Source: a virus
Taxonomy: Duplodnaviria > Caudoviricetes
Length of the DNA: 64,000 bases
Reading direction: 5' to 3' (one strand)
IMG/VR virus record: IMGVR_UViG_3300035190_000444
Location: 1 to 64,000 of that record
Numbering within the stretch: position 1 is the stretch's first letter; the number at the start of each line of letters is the position of its first letter. This document shows positions 56,460 to 64,000 of this stretch, one piece after another. The position numbers and the translations under genes were made by a program. The notes beneath the pieces are model-generated. The model was not told where the DNA came from, ran no database searches, and worked only from the letters and a program-made list of their open reading frames with translations.

Positions 56460-56804
56460 ATGAAAATTACATTTGCAGGTTTAAAGACAACTGGTAAAGT
56501 AGATACCGTTTGGGTTGTTATTGAGTTAGGTAAACATCGACAACAAGAATGGTATTCTGATTATGTAATTGCCTGGGGCAGACGAGGCGGCAAGTTGCAA
56601 TCTATGACTCGATTAGGATATTATCCACCATCGTTAGACTATAACTCTGATCGTTACAGTAGGTTTAGTACTATTGGCAAACTAATCAATAAGAAACTTA
56701 ACAAAGAGTATGAAAGTATCGATGAAACTCGGTTAGCTGAAGTATATCCAGAGTTTAAACAAGATTTAGATAAACTTGCATTTTGGGAAACATTGAAACT
56801 ATGA
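56460..56804 (+). CDS. WGR-like protein, copy 1
   Basis: WGRRGGKLQ...KKLNKEY...VYPEF. Confidence 0.6.
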   Translation: MKITFAGLKTTGKVDTVWVVIELGKHRQQEWYSDYVIAWGRRGGKLQSMTRLGYYPPSLDYNSDRYSRFSTIGKLINKKLNKEYESIDETRLAEVYPEFKQDLDKLAFWETLKL

Positions 56805-57214
56805 ACATAACATTTGCAAGTTTAAAGACAACTGGAAAAGTTGATACTGTGTGGGCAGTAATTAGTATGGGACAGCCATCTGACAAATCATTATTAACAC
56901 GATTTTCCTCAATTAAGTTTACTGACTATATCATTGTGTGGGGTAAGCGTGGTGGCAAGCTAAGATCTATTAGAGTAATGAATGATTATGTGTCAACAGT
57001 AAGCGACCGTGCATACGAAATCAAAGAGAAAGGTATCCCAACTCGGGCTAGTTGGATTGTAAGAACTGGGTATTGCGGTGAAGCAATACAACGTATTCAC
57101 AAAAAGCTAAAAGCCGGTTACCGTCCAGTTAGAGCTGAGAACTTAGCTGATGTATATCCTGAGTTTGAAAAAGACTTAGCGAAGATTAACTTTTGGGAAC
57201 AATTTAAAACATGA
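56801..57214 (+). CDS. WGR-like protein, copy 2
   Basis: WGKRGGKLR...KKLKAGY...VYPEF. Confidence 0.6.
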   Translation: MNITFASLKTTGKVDTVWAVISMGQPSDKSLLTRFSSIKFTDYIIVWGKRGGKLRSIRVMNDYVSTVSDRAYEIKEKGIPTRASWIVRTGYCGEAIQRIHKKLKAGYRPVRAENLADVYPEFEKDLAKINFWEQFKT

Positions 57215-57827
57215 GTAACAAACCATTTGCACACCAGTAAGTAATTTGCTATAATATATTTTTAGTTAAACAACATTAGGAGTACATTATGTCAGTTAAA
57301 GTTAATGTAAGTGAGACCCGATCTAAACACACATTTCCGTGTATTGGGCTTGATGAATATGGTTCAGTAATCTTATTTTTAAGCCATAACAGATGCGGCA
57401 CTCACCCATTAAAGGGATTTGCGTTGCAACTTGGCAAAAATGCGCCGTCGTATCACAGAATAGGCGCACCATTATACTGGAAAACAATGACTCCTATTAA
57501 TGGAGGTAGCATAACGATCAATAATGAAATATTTGGAAGTGATAGCAACAATAGTAAAGACAAATGGAAGTATCCGTGTCTTGTAGAATTAACAGACGGC
57601 TCAATTGTACTGTTTAACGGATTTAGAGTTGGAACATTATTAAAACCTGGAAAATATCGAGGAGACTTGTATATGGGATATGATCGTAATGGGTATCCAG
57701 ACGGGCGCCAACCCTATTGGCCATGGGATTATAAATTATTTAATGGGTCAGTTACTATTACAAATGAGTAACAAACCATTTGCACACCAGTAAGTAATTT
57801 GCTATAATATATTTTTAGTTAAACAAC
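57211..57827 (+). repeat. 64-bp perfect direct repeat (promoter cassette) at 57211-57274 and 57764-57827
   Basis: ATGAGTAACAAACCATTTGCACACCAGTAAGTAATTTGCTATAATATATTTTTAGTTAAACAAC twice. Confidence 0.95.
57289..57771 (+). CDS. hypothetical protein with internal duplication
   Basis: Two (F/Y)PC...GS(V/I)(I/V)LF...GS(I/V)TI.NE units. Confidence 0.65.
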   Translation: MSVKVNVSETRSKHTFPCIGLDEYGSVILFLSHNRCGTHPLKGFALQLGKNAPSYHRIGAPLYWKTMTPINGGSITINNEIFGSDSNNSKDKWKYPCLVELTDGSIVLFNGFRVGTLLKPGKYRGDLYMGYDRNGYPDGRQPYWPWDYKLFNGSVTITNE

Positions 57828-57840
57828 TGCGGAGCACATT

Positions 57841-58014
57841 ATGGACCAAATACAACAATTTGAAGTAGACCAAATCACAGCAAGCCTTGCAGCTCAAGGC
57901 GTTACTAATTTTACAATGAAACGTGGTAACAACTGTGTTTGGGTTTCACATGGTAGAGTAGATTCTTACTACATTTTTCGCGATGAGAAATTAGTTGATG
58001 TGCAAATTGACTAA
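57841..58014 (+). CDS. small hypothetical protein (57 aa)
   Basis: Not in track; GGAG RBS after promoter; MDQIQQFEV...VDVQID. Confidence 0.6.
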   Translation: MDQIQQFEVDQITASLAAQGVTNFTMKRGNNCVWVSHGRVDSYYIFRDEKLVDVQID

Positions 58015-58021
58015 ACTTAAT

Positions 58022-58231
58022 ATGGCAGTAGGTATTAAATCACCTCAACGGATGCCATATGATGAAGCATTTCTTTATTGTATGACATCTAACGAGAATG
58101 GATACAAAGATTGGCGGTTACCATTTGAACACGAAACTAGAGACTTAACAACTTTACTCATTTGGTGTAATGAAGATATTTTTAAAGATACTGACCATCA
58201 ATATTATGCGATCCCAGTAAGAACGGTTTAA
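58022..58231 (+). CDS. mini Lcl-C/DUF1566-like protein, paralogue 20
   Basis: DEAFLYC..GYKDWRLP..PVR. Confidence 0.75.
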   Translation: MAVGIKSPQRMPYDEAFLYCMTSNENGYKDWRLPFEHETRDLTTLLIWCNEDIFKDTDHQYYAIPVRTV

Positions 58232-58302
58232 AAACCATTTGCAATCCAGCTTACACTTTGTTATAATATATTTTTACTTACACAACATTAGGAGCGTACA
58301 AC

Positions 58303-58725
58303 ATGGCTTATGTATCAAAAGAAGATAAAGACTCAAAAGCACCACGCTTAAGAGCATTGGCTAAACAATATGGGTTGACTGCTACAGTAGCAGTTCGCCA
58401 TCACAGCACCTTGCAGTTGAATGTATCAAAAGGTAAGATTGATTTCATTACTAATCATGCAGATCGTGTAGCAGAACTTAATCATTGGTCAGCTGACAAA
58501 GAAAAAGACTACAATCAAAATAAAGATCGCAAGTATATGCAAGTGTCGCATCACTGGACTGATCACTTTGATGGCAAAGCTAAAGAGTTTTTAGATAAAG
58601 CATTTGAGATCATGTTGGAAGGGTACTATAATAATAGCGACGCGATGATTGATTATTTTGATACTGCGTTCTATGTTGACATCAATATTGGCAAATGGGA
58701 TCGTCCCTATACCGTTACAGCTTAA
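58303..58725 (+). CDS. hypothetical phage early protein
   Basis: VRHHSTL, NNSDAMIDYFD..FY...IGKW..PY. Confidence 0.65.
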   Translation: MAYVSKEDKDSKAPRLRALAKQYGLTATVAVRHHSTLQLNVSKGKIDFITNHADRVAELNHWSADKEKDYNQNKDRKYMQVSHHWTDHFDGKAKEFLDKAFEIMLEGYYNNSDAMIDYFDTAFYVDINIGKWDRPYTVTA

Positions 58726-58739
58726 GAGGAGATTAGACA

Positions 58740-58979
58740 ATGGCAATTACAGTAACAACAAATCAAACAGAGTCTGTTGAAAAAATTAAGTATCCAATAC
58801 TCGGAATTTTCCCAAATGGTACTATTGTTTTGTTTTCTTCTGAAACGTCTAGCACTATCTTGAAAGGAGAATCAAAAGACTATATAGGTCTTGATTGGAA
58901 TCTCCAAAAAAACCGTTATATGCCCAATACCTGGGTGCCTTACCATGGCACTATAACATTATCTAATGAGACCTTATGA
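58740..58979 (+). CDS. hypothetical protein, single-unit paralogue of 57289-57771
   Basis: YPIL...GTIVLF...GTITLSNE. Confidence 0.6.
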   Translation: MAITVTTNQTESVEKIKYPILGIFPNGTIVLFSSETSSTILKGESKDYIGLDWNLQKNRYMPNTWVPYHGTITLSNETL

Positions 58980-59191
58980 ACGATTTTAATTTTGATTTAG
59001 ACAAGATGAAAGCTGCTGTTGAGTCCGGACGCGCTTCAATTCCTAAAGAAGCCTTAGAGAGTTTTGAGGCATTTGATAAATGGTTAAATGAGGACAACGA
59101 ACATGTTGTAAAAAAAGTTTGCGATCAAAAAGTAAACGGTGTTTGTCCATTACATAATCTATTTTGTCAATATCCTGAATGTGAGAACTAA
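58976..59191 (+). CDS. hypothetical protein with C-terminal Cys motif
   Basis: C....G.CPLHN..C.YP.C. Confidence 0.55.
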   Translation: MNDFNFDLDKMKAAVESGRASIPKEALESFEAFDKWLNEDNEHVVKKVCDQKVNGVCPLHNLFCQYPECEN

Positions 59192-59195
59192 CACG

Positions 59196-59411
59196 ATGTT
59201 AGAATTTAAATTAATCGGCTCTGTTCTTACTGTCATTGAACGACTTTATTCTTTTACCGAAACTCGTACTAGCTTTTGGTACTATAATATTGATACATGG
59301 TGTAAAAATCGTAACGGTAAAGAAAACGAACCAATGGATTTTCAATGCGACCAAGGCACTATTGACTGGGTGAGAAAATACTACTTCCCAAAAGTTGGAT
59401 TAACAAGTTAA
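59196..59411 (+). CDS. hypothetical protein
   Basis: Start MLEFK. Confidence 0.55.
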   Translation: MLEFKLIGSVLTVIERLYSFTETRTSFWYYNIDTWCKNRNGKENEPMDFQCDQGTIDWVRKYYFPKVGLTS

Positions 59412-59426
59412 CCTGAGGACCAAATA

Positions 59427-59654
59427 ATGAACAAACAAATTAGAGATTTTGCAATAGAAGCCGGCTATGAGCCATATACTCCAACTGCAGAGGCGTTTAA
59501 CGAATTTAGAATTGAGAAATTCGCTAATTTGATTATTAGTGAAGCATTGCGTATTTGCGACGAAGTATCAGAACCAGTTGATGAAGACGACCCTATGGTA
59601 AAAGGTGCGATTGTGTGTGCTGAAATGATTAGAGAAAACTTTGGTGTATCATGA
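59427..59654 (+). CDS. hypothetical phage protein (EKFA.LI..E motif)
   Basis: GAGGA RBS. Confidence 0.6.
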   Translation: MNKQIRDFAIEAGYEPYTPTAEAFNEFRIEKFANLIISEALRICDEVSEPVDEDDPMVKGAIVCAEMIRENFGVS

Positions 59655-59734
59655 TAGATCCGATAGTTTGGCTATTACTATTTTTATTCACAAAACACTT
59701 TATTGTTGACTTTCCATTACAAGGAGAAATATAA
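59651..59734 (+). pseudogene. truncated DUF3307-like N-terminus
   Basis: LLLFLFTKHFIVDFPLQ followed by a stop. Confidence 0.45.
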
Positions 59735-60009
59735 TGACATATACCGTAGAAAGAGTTGAAACACCAGACGGAATTTTTTACACATCACGTAAAGATAATA
59801 GAACTTCTGATGAAGTAGTAGCACATGGTATCGAAGGCTACAACAACGGCAGTCGTAGTCCGATATACGAGAGTCTTAATCGACATAGAACTTGTACAGT
59901 ATTGCAAGTATCAACTGGTTTAGATAAAATCTCTGCTGATGCTCTTAAAAAGAAATGCATCATCGATGCAAGAACAAATGGCGAACCTGTACTTAATGTA
60001 AGATTGTAA
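59734..60009 (+). CDS. hypothetical protein
   Basis: AAGGAG RBS. Confidence 0.55.
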   Translation: MTYTVERVETPDGIFYTSRKDNRTSDEVVAHGIEGYNNGSRSPIYESLNRHRTCTVLQVSTGLDKISADALKKKCIIDARTNGEPVLNVRL

Positions 60010-60134
60010 TTATAGCGTCACACTCGCAACAACACTTGTCTTTTGATGAGGCATGATTTGAGAGTAAATTATCACTTGTATAACCATCTAAAGTTTGCTA
60101 TAATATATTTTTACACACAACATGGAATTAACAA

Positions 60135-60512
60135 ATGAAAATCTCACGATTTAGCAAACAACGATTAGAAACATTATTTAAGACTGAGCATGTATCGGAA
60201 GAGTACTCGCTTCCATTGTTTAACTATCTGGTACATGGATTTAAACCTGGCAGTTTTTGGGAAAGTGTGTTAGCTAATGATTTTTTAGGTGCGATGATGT
60301 CTAGCCATCCAAGTAATCAAATTGTACATCTCAAGTATGCATCTATTTGGATCTATCATCGTGCTCCAGATGTAGCATTTGGTAGTTACGAGAAAGTAGA
60401 CAATTGGTTAAAGCTATCGGAAGATGAGCGCAGAACTATTTTAGAAGAGTGTGAGTTAATCTATACATCAAAAGAAGACACTTGGTTAGCACTTACTGAA
60501 GTTGAGCAATAA
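60135..60512 (+). CDS. hypothetical phage protein
   Basis: YLVHGFKPGSF...VLAND...A...GS. Confidence 0.65.
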   Translation: MKISRFSKQRLETLFKTEHVSEEYSLPLFNYLVHGFKPGSFWESVLANDFLGAMMSSHPSNQIVHLKYASIWIYHRAPDVAFGSYEKVDNWLKLSEDERRTILEECELIYTSKEDTWLALTEVEQ

Positions 60513-60578
60513 ATATCTTTACAATCCAATAGCAATTTGCTATAATATGTTTTTAGTTAAACAACTGCGGAGCACATT

Positions 60579-60770
60579 ATGTTATCAAAAGTTATTAGTA
60601 AAACTAACTGGGAATTGTTACGCAACCAAAAAGAATGGTTGTGGAATCAGGGATCCGATGAAGCAATGGGACTTGCTCATTACTTAGATGCTATCCAAGA
60701 CGCGGCAGTTGAAGATGGTATTGCTTCTAAGTTAGAAGTGTTTGGAGAGTTAACAGATGAGCAGATATAG
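60579..60770 (+). CDS. hypothetical protein
   Basis: Promoter plus GGAG RBS. Confidence 0.6.
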   Translation: MLSKVISKTNWELLRNQKEWLWNQGSDEAMGLAHYLDAIQDAAVEDGIASKLEVFGELTDEQI

Positions 60771-60993
60771 AATCTTAGAAAAACCAACATATGATTATTC
60801 CGGCGAGCTTTCTGTGGAATATTTTCCACAGTATAAATTGTGGGGATTGTTTTGGGTAGGCATAGACAATGATACCGGTCATGCTTCGTCATATTTTGAA
60901 AATACTGCTCGTGAGACAATAAAAGCTCACAAAGCAAGAAAGGTTGCAAAGCATCGTAAAGTTAGGATTATTGAGGTAGCAGATGATGATTGA
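60757..60993 (+). CDS. hypothetical protein
   Basis: YRI.E...YFPQYK. Confidence 0.55.
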   Translation: MSRYRILEKPTYDYSGELSVEYFPQYKLWGLFWVGIDNDTGHASSYFENTARETIKAHKARKVAKHRKVRIIEVADDD

Positions 60994-61312
60994 AATTGGC
61001 CCACAACTTTTTCAAATAATGCACGAACTGATTATATCAGTATCGGCATTACTAATTTTGTATGGTTTGTATCGCCTAACTGACAAAGTGTTAGAGCGAA
61101 TAATGTGAGAGCAGATCGCTATTTAATGTATCGCCAAACAGGCATTAAGTTCACTAATGCAGAAAAAGCACGATTGGCGCAACTTAAAAATAAAGATCGT
61201 AAGAATAATGGAATGTGGTATGCACCAGCTGGTACACGACGTAATTAGTTCTTTACAAATCAACAGCATTTTGCTATAATATATTTTTACTTAAACAACA
61301 AAGGAGCGCGTT

Positions 61313-61528
61313 ATGCCTACTGTTACTGTTACTGATGAAAAGTTAATTGAAATGTTTAGCGAAGCTAAAATCCTTGTACAAGGTGATGACTCCTATGTAA
61401 TTGATTTTGCAGATGCTGAAGAGATCCATGTACATCACGAAGACACTGGCGAGGAGTTTGTATTGTCATATGACGACATTGATCTTGAACATGACTTAGT
61501 ATATGGCTTAACTCTTTTAAATAGATGA
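61313..61528 (+). CDS. acidic hypothetical protein
   Basis: Promoter plus AAGGAG RBS. Confidence 0.6.
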   Translation: MPTVTVTDEKLIEMFSEAKILVQGDDSYVIDFADAEEIHVHHEDTGEEFVLSYDDIDLEHDLVYGLTLLNR

Positions 61529-61788
61529 TTAAGTACGCAGACAATTTGACCACTGAACCTTTTCGAAAAGGTTCATTTAAACCCAAACACAAGATGTCTC
61601 TTGACGAAGCAGTAATGTTTGTTACGTTTTATGAGGAAGACGGCATTAAAGGTTGGCGTCTTCCAACAGAACAAGAGTCTATAAACAACCCAGACCTTAT
61701 AGGTTGTTGGCATCAAGAAGATTTAAACACCAGCTGGCCACCCGATGAGCATTACTATGTACGTCCAGTTAAGGACATTACTCCTTAG
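61525..61788 (+). CDS. mini Lcl-C/DUF1566-like protein, paralogue 21
   Basis: DEAVMF..GIKGWRLPT..YYVRPVKD. Confidence 0.75.
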   Translation: MIKYADNLTTEPFRKGSFKPKHKMSLDEAVMFVTFYEEDGIKGWRLPTEQESINNPDLIGCWHQEDLNTSWPPDEHYYVRPVKDITP

Positions 61789-62485
61789 CTGTGTTAAACT
61801 CTAAAATAATTTTACGAATTGCGCTAGGTTTGTAAAATGAACCTAGCGTTTCTAAGATTTGTTTACGAGTGTAATTTTGCTGATATAAATCAATAACTGC
61901 TTGCTTATGGTTTTCGTTATATTTTTTATTAGGACTAAGTTCTGTCATGCGTTGAGACATGTATTTACGAAATTCAATTGAATGAGATTTTCCGTAAAAA
62001 GGATTAGTTTCGCCAGTTAGTTTACCTTTTTTACTTGCTGATAGGTTTGCTGATTTTTGAGCAGATTGTTCTTCTGTAAGAACAATTTTACGACGAGTTT
62101 TGAATCCGGCTCTCATATTTGCTAATGCTTCTGCAGATACCGGTCCTCGTTTAAGTCCAGTATAAGTTTTAGATAATTGTTTGCGTAAAGTTTCGTAAGT
62201 GCGACTTGTTATCTTAACATCTTTATGTTTAGACGGGCGACTTTGTTGCCAAGCAGCGAATACTAATTTATGCTTAACTGAGGGATCGACCATCTTAGTT
62301 AGCATACGATGACACACGAAATGTTCACGTGCAGTTAAGTGTACAAGATTAGTAGAACTATTATCGCCACCTAAACATTTTGGAATAATGTGATGTTTTT
62401 CAGTATAACCTGAGATAGATCTTGTTTGTGCTTTTGAGATGAGATTAAAATACCAAGTGGTATATTTGTTATTGATAAATATCAT
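61778..62485 (-). CDS. HNH homing endonuclease with NUMOD3-like motifs
   Basis: EKHHIIPKCLGG.N...NLV.LTAREHF..H; NPFYGKSHS. Confidence 0.88.
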   Translation of the reverse strand: MIFINNKYTTWYFNLISKAQTRSISGYTEKHHIIPKCLGGDNSSTNLVHLTAREHFVCHRMLTKMVDPSVKHKLVFAAWQQSRPSKHKDVKITSRTYETLRKQLSKTYTGLKRGPVSAEALANMRAGFKTRRKIVLTEEQSAQKSANLSASKKGKLTGETNPFYGKSHSIEFRKYMSQRMTELSPNKKYNENHKQAVIDLYQQNYTRKQILETLGSFYKPSAIRKIILEFNTAKE

Positions 62486-62646
62486 GCTGAGAGTTCCTTA
62501 ATAACTGTTAGTGCCGTTAGATATCCCCATATCGTGAACGGCATTTTTATTTATCAAAATATCAACAAGTGGATTAAAAACCATTTGCATTCCGCAACAT
62601 ACTTTGTTATAATATATTTTTATTTACAACAACACAGGAGTAAGTT

Positions 62647-63156
62647 ATGTCTACATTAGAAAATCGCTATTGGAACAGTACTGGAAAACATCAAGCTGCC
62701 TATGAAGAACTATGCAAATTAGTTCCGTCAAGTGGTCCTGCAGGTACAGTTGAAGGAGAGATGTTAAGAGCTGCGACACGCTTATATTATGATTTCTATA
62801 ATAATGGAATGGTGAATAACACCTCGGGTGCTGTGAACTATCTTACACGTTGCGATGAACTATTTAACTTAGATATTGCTGAAGAGTTAGAGATTGTTGA
62901 ACCTGAATGCAACACACCATACTACACTAATTTGCCGTTAGCAGGCCCATTAGAAACGATTGCTGACGTAGTAATTGAGTATGTGATTAGCAAAGACGGC
63001 TTGTACACTGAAAGTGGTGACAACTTGTTTGACTATGCTGATCCAGATGCAACTGATGACGATGATATATACGATTTTGACGACGATGACTACTCATGGG
63101 AAACAGATGACGTGCTTTCTGATCTCGAGTATGACGAATTAAGATTTGAAGATTAA
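62647..63156 (+). CDS. hypothetical phage protein with acidic tail
   Basis: LVP..G...TVEGE..RA..RLYYD.YNNG. Confidence 0.65.
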   Translation: MSTLENRYWNSTGKHQAAYEELCKLVPSSGPAGTVEGEMLRAATRLYYDFYNNGMVNNTSGAVNYLTRCDELFNLDIAEELEIVEPECNTPYYTNLPLAGPLETIADVVIEYVISKDGLYTESGDNLFDYADPDATDDDDIYDFDDDDYSWETDDVLSDLEYDELRFED

Positions 63157-63166
63157 TACACTCAAC

Positions 63167-63196
63167 AGCGCGTAGCAATACGCGCTTTCTCTTTTT
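63167..63196 (+). terminator. intrinsic terminator
   Basis: AGCGCGTA-GCAA-TACGCGCT followed by a T-rich tract. Confidence 0.75.
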
Positions 63197-63207
63197 AGGA
63201 GTATCGC

Positions 63208-63426
63208 ATGAAATTAGATAGAATCGCAGTAATTGAAAACCATATTGCAACCTTAGACAACTTAGCAAGGAACGCTTCTGTAAAATTCAATAATGAAGAA
63301 AATTGGGCATTCATATATGGGTACACACAGTCTGACATTCGTCATATGCTTGAGTCACTTTCACTTACACAAAAACAATTAAACATCCTTAACACACGAT
63401 TAGCAGGATACGAGAAATATGTCTAA
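63208..63426 (+). CDS. hypothetical protein
   Basis: AGGAG RBS. Confidence 0.6.
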   Translation: MKLDRIAVIENHIATLDNLARNASVKFNNEENWAFIYGYTQSDIRHMLESLSLTQKQLNILNTRLAGYEKYV

Positions 63427-63625
63427 CATCACATACGAACGCGCTATTGCAAGACATGCCGGCGTACTACCATCACAACTTCGTAAGCTATCAGAAGGCA
63501 AGTATTTCGTTGATTTAAATGTTCCACTTGAACCGTTACGCGATACACGTTATGATTTCACAGTTGAGTTTTCGCAAATACTCATAGGCAGTATTGCCAG
63601 CGTAGGCCCCGCTGTTAGTGCGTAG
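63419..63625 (+). CDS. hypothetical protein
   Basis: Coupled ORF. Confidence 0.5.
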   Translation: MSNITYERAIARHAGVLPSQLRKLSEGKYFVDLNVPLEPLRDTRYDFTVEFSQILIGSIASVGPAVSA

Positions 63626-63758
63626 CATTGCAAGCAACAACAAAAAATGTAATTTGAAATCCACGCAAAACTTGCGGACTACAGCATTTTAAATGTTTTT
63701 TAATGCTACACTAAGCAACAACAAAAACGCGCTACAACACAAATATTTGGAGGTTATT

Positions 63759-64000
63759 TTGGGATTAGATATGTCTGTGTACGCTGTTTCAGCAAATCAA
63801 GTACGCGAAGAAGATAAAGATAAAGAAGTAGATTTCGCACCATATTACGAAGAAGACCCTACTGAGATTTGGTATTGGCGCAAGCATCCAAACTTACATG
63901 GGTGGATGGAAAACTTGTATCGACGTAAAGGTGGAACTATTGAGGACTTTAATGGTGTTCCATTAAAGCTTACCGAACACGATCTAATGCGACTGGAAAA
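63759..64000 (+). CDS. hypothetical phage protein (MGLD...YWRKHPNLHGW), runs off window end
   Basis: GGAGG RBS, TTG start, open to the window end. Confidence 0.7.
   Translation, partial: MGLDMSVYAVSANQVREEDKDKEVDFAPYYEEDPTEIWYWRKHPNLHGWMENLYRRKGGTIEDFNGVPLKLTEHDLMRLE

Larger units (their letters stand above)
47170..62613 (+). promoter_or_regulatory. family of related early sigma70 promoters (typically -35 TTGCAC/TTTACA, 17 bp, TGnTATAAT, then ATATTTTTA)
   Basis: -35 boxes at 47170, 50374, 50684, 52016, 53469, 55136, 57227, 57780, 58239, 60076, 60518, 61252, 62585, each with 17-bp spacing. Confidence 0.85.
45530..63615 (+). repeat. dispersed polar 11-mer GGCCCCGCTGT, 8 copies
   Basis: Starts at 45530, 45663, 45922, 46140, 50339, 53228, 55193, 63605; all on the plus strand. 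Confidence 0.9.

Noticed and set aside
1-64000. DGR template repeat, reverse transcriptase or Avd gene
   Set aside because: I found no AAC-rich copy of the 54210-54335 segment and no ORF with RT motifs; the AAC runs at 63632-63727 lack the TGGTCCTCT/GCCTGG anchors. This was a search by eye, so a complete DGR is not claimed.
1-64000. tRNA genes or a reassigned stop codon
   Set aside because: I recognised no cloverleaf with a T-loop in the intergenic gaps, and known genes are full length under the standard code with TAA, TAG and TGA all used as stops.

Overview
An AT-rich (roughly 35% GC by eye) segment of a large T4-like/jumbo myophage genome. About 1-44 kb is mostly on the minus strand, and many genes there are preceded by T4-type late-promoter motifs (TAAATA). 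It holds tail/baseplate/fibre genes, a PAAR spike, class Ia ribonucleotide reductase with glutaredoxin and SOD, a PD-(D/E)XK exonuclease, denV and host-like genes (bS21, 5-aminolevulinate synthase, YbaN, YqgE/AlgH, HldD-like epimerase, lipase, thioesterase). A 24-codon pqqA gene (PQQ precursor peptide) at 3328-3402 is missing from the ORF track and hints at a methylotroph/methanotroph host. About 44.2-64 kb is a plus-strand early/accessory region of short genes behind about 16 near-consensus sigma70 promoters. It carries 21 paralogous stand-alone mini C-type-lectin-like (Lcl-C/DUF1566-like, WRLPT) genes. One of them (54051-54344) ends in a segment with the codon signature of a diversity-generating-retroelement variable repeat; I saw no template repeat or reverse transcriptase in the window. 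Other signals: about 14 unrelated proteins sharing a T4 capsid-targeting-like N-terminus, a polar 11-mer (GGCCCCGCTGT, 8 copies), and three structured non-coding elements. All family assignments come from motif recognition, not database searches.
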